Below, one piece after another: positions 59,885 to 64,000 of a DNA stretch of 64,000 nt. Source of the stretch: a virus. Lineage: Duplodnaviria > Heunggongvirae > Uroviricota > Caudoviricetes. The stretch is taken from IMG/VR virus record IMGVR_UViG_3300029305_003293, positions 54,161 through 118,160 of that record; one strand, written 5' to 3'. Below the pieces are notes generated by a model. That model made no database searches. It saw only the letters and a program-made list of their open reading frames with translations, and had not been told where the DNA came from. Each line of letters opens with the position of its first letter. Positions within the stretch are counted from its first letter, which is position 1. The translations under genes were made by a program, and so were the position numbers.

Positions 59885-60170
59885 GCGCGTGCGTTCCTTT
59901 TGAGCGAACTACACATACTCTCTTTAATAACTCGTACTCTCGCCAAGTTTTAGCGGTTGCTAAATCTTTAACTCATTATAATTATCATCCTATTATAAGT
60001 TGCCACTACTCTTTAATTGATTAATTATAATTTATATGAGTGGACTTTTGTATATTAATTAGAGCGGACGATAATTCGCAACACGCATACCCCGGACTTG
60101 AGACCCGGCGGTGGTGGGTTATACAAGGGTCGGTATTTCCGTTAGGCTGGCCCCGACCGCAGGCTCTGTA

Positions 60171-60488
60171 TCAAGATTGAGCATAACCATAATGGGTAAG
60201 AAGTTGTTCCATATTCTGCCTACCGACCGGATTCATAGTATGCAGATGGAAGCCGAGTAAGGGGTAATTAGATGAAACAATGAACTTACAAATATCATAA
60301 CCGGTCTTTTCTTCACCCAGATCATGGTCTAAGTCGATGTATACTTCGCATACATCTCGGCATTGCTCGAGAAACTCAATGGTTGCCTGATAGGACCTTG
60401 TAGTGTGAGTGCCAGCGCCCTCACAGAAAGGAATGTTCTCAAAGGGATTCTTTCGTTCATCGTCTACCCAGAGGAAAACTTTTGTCAT
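60171..60488 (-). CDS. hypothetical protein
   Basis: 105-aa ORF downstream of the promoter at 60505-60553. Confidence 0.3.
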   Translation of the reverse strand: MTKVFLWVDDERKNPFENIPFCEGAGTHTTRSYQATIEFLEQCRDVCEVYIDLDHDLGEEKTGYDICKFIVSSNYPLLGFHLHTMNPVGRQNMEQLLTHYGYAQS

Positions 60489-60504
60489 TTGCTTGAACCC
60501 CTTT

Positions 60505-60553
60505 CCTTTACCTTACATATATATTATATAATAATTTTTATAATTTTTCAAAT
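60505..60553 (-). promoter_or_regulatory. sigma70-type promoter, repeated family
   Basis: Minus strand: TTGAAAAATTATAAAAATTATTATATAATATATATGTAAGGT. Confidence 0.6.
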
Positions 60554-60566
60554 CAGCGATTTGAAT

Positions 60567-60644
60567 TGGTGGGTTCGGTTGGTGTCGAGCCAACACTCTG
60601 CGGTTTTTCAGACCGCCGCATAAGACCGCTTGTGCTACGAACCC
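60567..60644 (-). tRNA. tRNA-Phe (anticodon GAA), atypical T-loop CUCGACA
   Basis: GGGUUCG...CGAACCC A CCA; anticodon stem GCGGU/ACCGC with loop CUGAAAA. Confidence 0.6.
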
Positions 60645-60650
60645 ATAAAT

Positions 60651-60724
60651 TGGAGCAAGTAGCGGGAATCGAACCCGCGACCTCAGCATGGCAAGCTGAT
60701 GTTTTACCTCTAAACTATACCTGC
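60651..60724 (-). tRNA. tRNA-Gly (anticodon GCC)
   Basis: GCAGGUA...UACUUGC U CCA; loop UUGCCAU; T-loop GGGTTCGATTCCC. Confidence 0.8.
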
Positions 60725-60725
60725 A

Positions 60726-61004
60726 TCACTTATCTTCATCATCATACCTACTACCATCTTCGCAATATTTACACTCCACAGTAGAAGGATCGACATCGCC
60801 ATATAATTCAATATACCAATCACGATAATGTTTCCAAATATAACCGGGGTCACTGATACAATCAGCATATCCAAATTTACAGCACATTGGATAATCAATG
60901 AAGTAGTCTTTAATATAAACATTTTTAGGATTATGCTTACAGACACCACATACTTCATCACTTTTGTTTGGATTAAAACAATTTTCACAATAGTTATATT
61001 TCAT
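60726..61004 (-). CDS. Cys-rich small protein
   Basis: MKYNYCENCFNPNKSDEVCGVCKHNP...MCCKFGYADC. The longer N-terminal part of the track ORF overlaps tRNA-Gly and is rejected. Confidence 0.3.
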   Translation of the reverse strand: MKYNYCENCFNPNKSDEVCGVCKHNPKNVYIKDYFIDYPMCCKFGYADCISDPGYIWKHYRDWYIELYGDVDPSTVECKYCEDGSRYDDEDK

Positions 61005-61078
61005 ATCATAAATCCGGCTATCACGGGGCGCCCTATGGTGGACACGCTTGAATTTCACATACCAATTAAACTTTAAAA

Positions 61079-61152
61079 TGGAGCACCATATGGGACTCGA
61101 ACCCACTACATCTGCTTGGAAGGCAGAGATGTTACCATTACACCAATGGTGC
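61079..61152 (-). tRNA. tRNA-Gly (anticodon UCC)
   Basis: GCACCAU...AUGGUGC U CCA; stem UCUGC/GCAGA with loop CUUCCAA; T-loop GGGTTCGAGTCCC. Confidence 0.8.
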
Positions 61153-61161
61153 ATCCGGGAA

Positions 61162-61866
61162 TTAACCCCACTGTTCTGCCATTGCTTTCGCAATTCCAGG
61201 AAAAGTTTTACTGCGAGCTTTCGCAGTTCGTGGATCACTCCATCTGATCGTCTTACCATTTTCATCATAAGCCGTATCAATAGAAGCATTTACTGAACGA
61301 CCATTTCCTGCAAGAGGGCCGCAATCAACAATTTCAGTTAGAACAAGAGGTTGAACTCCCTTCTCCCAAAGACAAGTTTTCTTGCGTGCTCTTTCGCCAA
61401 ACTCATATGGTTGAATCATTTGCGCTGGCTTTTGCGGCAGACCATATCGTTCTGCCAAATCAGGAAAATGTTCTTTCAGATAAGAACCGCTGATAATACA
61501 TACGGGATTTTCTACAACAACTTTATCGCAATCTGCCTCAAGAAATTGACAGAAAAATTCTATCGCTTCTCTTTGGCGTCCATCCGCACGCTTTGCTGCG
61601 AAATGTCTTGCGCCACTCACAGCTAAATGAGTGCAAGGTGGATGCGCAATAATCATATCCCAACGATCTTCGATCTTATGCTCTTGACCGTCCATTGTAA
61701 TAAAAGTGGTTTTACCATTTAATAGGGGTAGGACATCACCAAGAATGTGCCATTCTGGATGACCGCCACTACATTCCTAAATATCACAGGAGAAAGCTCG
61801 ATGTCCTTTTGCGCGAAACGCCTTACAGACTTCTTGACTTTCTTCACAAGCAATTAAAACATTCAT
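61162..61866 (-). CDS. DNA cytosine-5-methyltransferase-like protein with an in-frame TAG (61777-61779)
   Basis: RBS AGGAG plus ATG: MNVLIACEESQ...FSCDI-TAG-ECSGGHPEW... joined to the track ORF carrying AHPPCTHLAVSG (PC motif) and VVVENPV (ENV-like). Confidence 0.4.
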
Positions 61867-61943
61867 AAACAAGACTCCTTACGATAAAACTAATATGCAG
61901 CAGTTATTTGTAAAAAAGATTGCTGAAAGAGTCTTTATCCCTG

Positions 61944-62036
61944 TGGCAGCCCCTCTGGGACTCGAACCCAGACTACCTCCTTCAGAGGGATATCACGGTT
62001 TTAGAGACCGGTGTTCTGCCATTGAACTAAGGGGCA
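61944..62036 (-). tRNA. amber suppressor tRNA (anticodon CUA, reads UAG), long-variable-arm type
   Basis: Acceptor UGCCCCU/AGGGGCU, discriminator G, CCA encoded. D-arm GUUC-AAUGGCA-GAAC. Anticodon stem CCGGU/ACCGU with loop CUCUAAA (U33, CUA, A37). 23-nt variable arm. T-arm CUGGG-UUCGAGU-CCCAG. U1, G73 and the CCGGU stem resemble tRNA-Gln. Confidence 0.75.
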
Positions 62037-62039
62037 TCG

Positions 62040-62085
62040 CAACCTTATATAAATATTATATCAAAAAATTTTGAAAAAGTCAATT
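62040..62085 (-). promoter_or_regulatory. sigma70-type promoter, repeated family
   Basis: Minus strand: TTGACTTTTTCAAAATTTTTTGATATAATATTTATATAAGGT, upstream of the suppressor tRNA. Confidence 0.6.
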
Positions 62086-62322
62086 GGGGTGATAATAAAT
62101 TCCATGAAGAATAAAACCATCGTGATCAGCATAAAGACCTTCAATAATATCATATTTATCTACAAGCCGATAGCCGAAAGAATCTTGTAAATTCCTGGGA
62201 TCAGATTCTTTAAAAGACTCAATCATCTTATTGGCTTCTTCTATACTATTCGCAGCAATAAGAGAATAGCCAGAATAATATATTTTAGAAGGAATCTGAT
62301 ATACTTTATACAATGGAATCAT
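62080..62322 (-). CDS. hypothetical protein
   Basis: Track ORF trimmed to an internal start (MIPLYKVYQ...) because its N-terminal part overlaps tRNA-Arg. Confidence 0.3.
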   Translation of the reverse strand: MIPLYKVYQIPSKIYYSGYSLIAANSIEEANKMIESFKESDPRNLQDSFGYRLVDKYDIIEGLYADHDGFILHGIYYHPN

Positions 62323-62331
62323 CTCCTTAAA

Positions 62332-62408
62332 TGGTCCGCCCGAAGGGATTTGAACCCCTGACACTCTGCTTAGAAGGCAGATGCTCTATCCAACTGAGCT
62401 ACGGGCGG
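62332..62408 (-). tRNA. tRNA-Arg (anticodon UCU)
   Basis: CCGCCCG...CGGGCGG A CCA; loop CUUCUAA; T-loop GGGGTTCAAATCCC. Confidence 0.8.
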
Positions 62409-62429
62409 TCGGCGGGTATTAACCCGCTT

Positions 62430-62783
62430 TTAGTCAAGCTCCCAAGCTAAGTCATAATAGCGTTTATGACGACATCCTCTACGAGTAGGAATATCATCAT
62501 GATCTTCCATCATTTCTCTCTTGAGTGCTCTGCGAACCTTACGGTTAGCTTGCTTCTTGACAAATTTATAATAATTGCCGTCAGAATTAGAGTGTTCGCG
62601 CCAATAGTCAAGAGGATGCCAATTCTTCCATCTCTCTTCATCCTTGAAGCGAATTACCATTTCATTCCAGGTACCATAACCATACCAGAAATATTTTTTT
62701 GCATAACGCTCTTTCATCTTGCGCTTATGAAGGCGCTTACGACGATACTGATTCAATCTGCGTCCATTTTCATACATAGGCAA
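62430..62783 (-). CDS. highly basic hypothetical protein
   Basis: 117-aa Arg/Lys-rich ORF. Confidence 0.3.
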   Translation of the reverse strand: MPMYENGRRLNQYRRKRLHKRKMKERYAKKYFWYGYGTWNEMVIRFKDEERWKNWHPLDYWREHSNSDGNYYKFVKKQANRKVRRALKREMMEDHDDIPTRRGCRHKRYYDLAWELD

Positions 62784-62802
62784 GCCTCCTCAATTAAAGG
62801 TT

Positions 62803-62876
62803 TGGCAGGGGATGAAAGACTTGAACTCTCACCAACGCTTTTGGAGAGCGGCATGCTGCCATTACACCAATCCCCT
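62803..62876 (-). tRNA. tRNA-Trp (anticodon CCA)
   Basis: AGGGGAU...AUCCCCU G CCA; loop CUCCAAA; T-arm GAGAG-UUCAAGU-CUUUC. Confidence 0.75.
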
Positions 62877-62926
62877 ATACTATATATAGAAATTAGATGG
62901 GAAAGATAATCAGAAATTGCCCTCAA

Positions 62927-63070
62927 GGAATAAAATGTTTTGCTGACACCAGCAACCATTCTCGAGTATCTTTGGAATAAATCAAAAATTGCGGATAACC
63001 ATTGGAATCATATCGCACATCATATACGATAACATCTTCCCAAGATTCTCTCCACTTTACTTTAAACATA
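62927..63070 (-). CDS. small hypothetical protein (48 aa)
   Basis: RBS GGAG plus ATG: MFKVKWRESWEDVIVYDVRYDSNGYPQFLIYSKDTREWLLVSAKHFIP, ending in TGA. Confidence 0.2.
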
Positions 63071-63071
63071 T

Positions 63072-63527
63072 TTACTCCTTATCAAGAAACTTCAACATGA
63101 TCCAACCTTCGGTAGTCTTAGCCCACCATTCACCTTCATTGTCCGCCGCGAGCTTAATTACAGTCATTACATGACCTTCACCAACGCGCTTGATCTGCCT
63201 ACCATTAGGCGCTTCGCGCACATTTACACGACGACTGTTGACAATATACTTTTCATTATCAACGAGTTCAGGCTCATATGGACTAAGCCAAAGGGCATAT
63301 ACCCAACCACCAACTTCTTCAGTCCGAATAGTTGAAGAATAAGCCCAATCACCTTCAAAATAATCAACTTCAATTGACTGTCCGAAAGACATATAACCAA
63401 GTCGATCATGCTTTGTAGAAGCAGTTTCTCTGATATTAACTTCATCAGCATAGCAATAATATGTATCAGCCTTCGCAGAAGAGAACAACATCATACAGGC
63501 TGCCAAAACCGCAATTACTTTCTTCAT
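63072..63527 (-). CDS. secreted protein with two SH3b-like repeats
   Basis: RBS AAGGAG plus ATG: MKKVIAVLAACMMLFSSAKA signal peptide; VNIRE...GWVY and VNVREAPNG...GWIML repeats. The track N-terminal extension overlaps a tRNA and is rejected. Confidence 0.45.
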   Translation of the reverse strand: MKKVIAVLAACMMLFSSAKADTYYCYADEVNIRETASTKHDRLGYMSFGQSIEVDYFEGDWAYSSTIRTEEVGGWVYALWLSPYEPELVDNEKYIVNSRRVNVREAPNGRQIKRVGEGHVMTVIKLAADNEGEWWAKTTEGWIMLKFLDKE

Positions 63528-63551
63528 ATTATTGCTCCTTTTGAATAATAA

Positions 63552-63628
63552 TGGTACCGGCGACAGGATTTGAACCCGCAAAATCTTGATCCTAAGTCAA
63601 GCGCCTATGCCAATTCGGCTACGCCGGC
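63552..63628 (-). tRNA. tRNA-Leu-like (anticodon UAG, reads CUA/CUG) with an atypical short variable loop
   Basis: GCCGGCG...CGCCGGU A CCA; Leu-like D-arm GCC-GAAUUGGCAUA-GGC; stem CUUGA/UCAAG with loop CUUAGGA. It has a class I variable loop (AUUUU), unlike the other Leu tRNAs here. Confidence 0.55.
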
Positions 63629-63773
63629 ACGATGCGGTCTGTGGCCTCAGATTCCGCTCGCTCAACACTTTCTTTGGTCCCTGACCTCGGGCGCCCGGTC
63701 ATCTACGGTAGGCGGTAGTTGTATCACCGGATGGAGAATTTTTAGTAAATCAGATTACCATCATCAACTTAGG

Positions 63774-63860
63774 TGGTGCGGACGATGGGACTTGAACCCA
63801 TACGGTATTACTACCACTAGCACCTCAAGCTAGCACCTATGCCAATTCGGTTACGACCGC
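63774..63860 (-). tRNA. tRNA-Leu (anticodon GAG), type II
   Basis: GCGGUCG...CGUCCGC A CCA; stem CUAGC/GCUAG with loop UUGAGGU; long variable arm; T-loop GGGTTCAAGTCCC. Confidence 0.75.
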
Positions 63861-63863
63861 ATA

Positions 63864-63949
63864 TGGTGGGTGAGGTTGGATTCGAACCAACTCAGCCAGT
63901 GGCGACGGATTTACAGTCCGTTCCGACTCTCCAACTTCGGCGCTCACCC
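63864..63949 (-). tRNA. tRNA-Tyr (anticodon GUA), type II
   Basis: GGGUGAG...CUCACCC A CCA; stem ACGGA/UCCGU with loop CUGUAAA; long variable arm; T-loop GGTTCGAATCC. Confidence 0.8.
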
Positions 63950-64000
63950 ATAAAAATCGCCACATAAGTGGCGGGCCATTGCTAACAAACAGTGCGAATG

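Noticed and set aside
60726-61289. Long form of the Cys-rich ORF, and the long forms of the ORFs at 62080-62364 and 63072-63581
   Set aside because: Their N-terminal extensions run through tRNA genes. They were trimmed to internal starts that have RBSs.
1-64000. CRISPR arrays or integrase/attP features
   Set aside because: No direct-repeat/spacer periodicity and no tyrosine or serine recombinase motifs were seen. The tRNA fragments are better explained by homing-endonuclease activity, although integration cannot be fully excluded.

Overview
This window is an AT-rich phage genome segment in which almost every gene lies on the minus strand. From high to low coordinates it reads as three blocks.

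- **tRNA island (about 55.0-64.0 kb):** more than 23 tRNA genes with encoded CCA, interspersed with HNH- and PD-(D/E)XK-like nuclease genes, tRNA fragments and ORF-free structured stretches.
- **TAG-rich block (45.2-54.7 kb):** genes broken into short ORFs by in-frame TAG codons. It encodes two paralogous Cys/Gly/Ser/Asn-rich small proteins, two radical-SAM/SPASM enzymes, a GT2 glycosyltransferase, a ClpP-like protease, a PhoH-like ATPase and a fibre-like protein.
- **DNA metabolism block (1-45 kb):** dUTPase, NrdD/NrdG, Pol III alpha, a gp41-like helicase, primase, RecD-like and RecJ-like proteins, Sak4-like recombinase, ligase, topoisomerase II, RNase H and ThyX. It also holds an RNA-repair set, three metallophosphoesterases, a flotillin-like protein, a NADAR domain protein and a GIY-YIG nuclease.

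The main result is that TAG is read as a sense codon. Many obviously continuous genes carry in-frame TAGs, TAA and TGA still terminate, and a tRNA with a CUA anticodon sits at 61944-62036. TAG codons are nearly absent from the replication genes and concentrated in the 45-55 kb block and a spanin-like gene.

A family of at least 19 near-identical sigma70-type promoters precedes minus-strand gene groups. Several genes show single-nucleotide frame discontinuities. No CRISPR array was seen.
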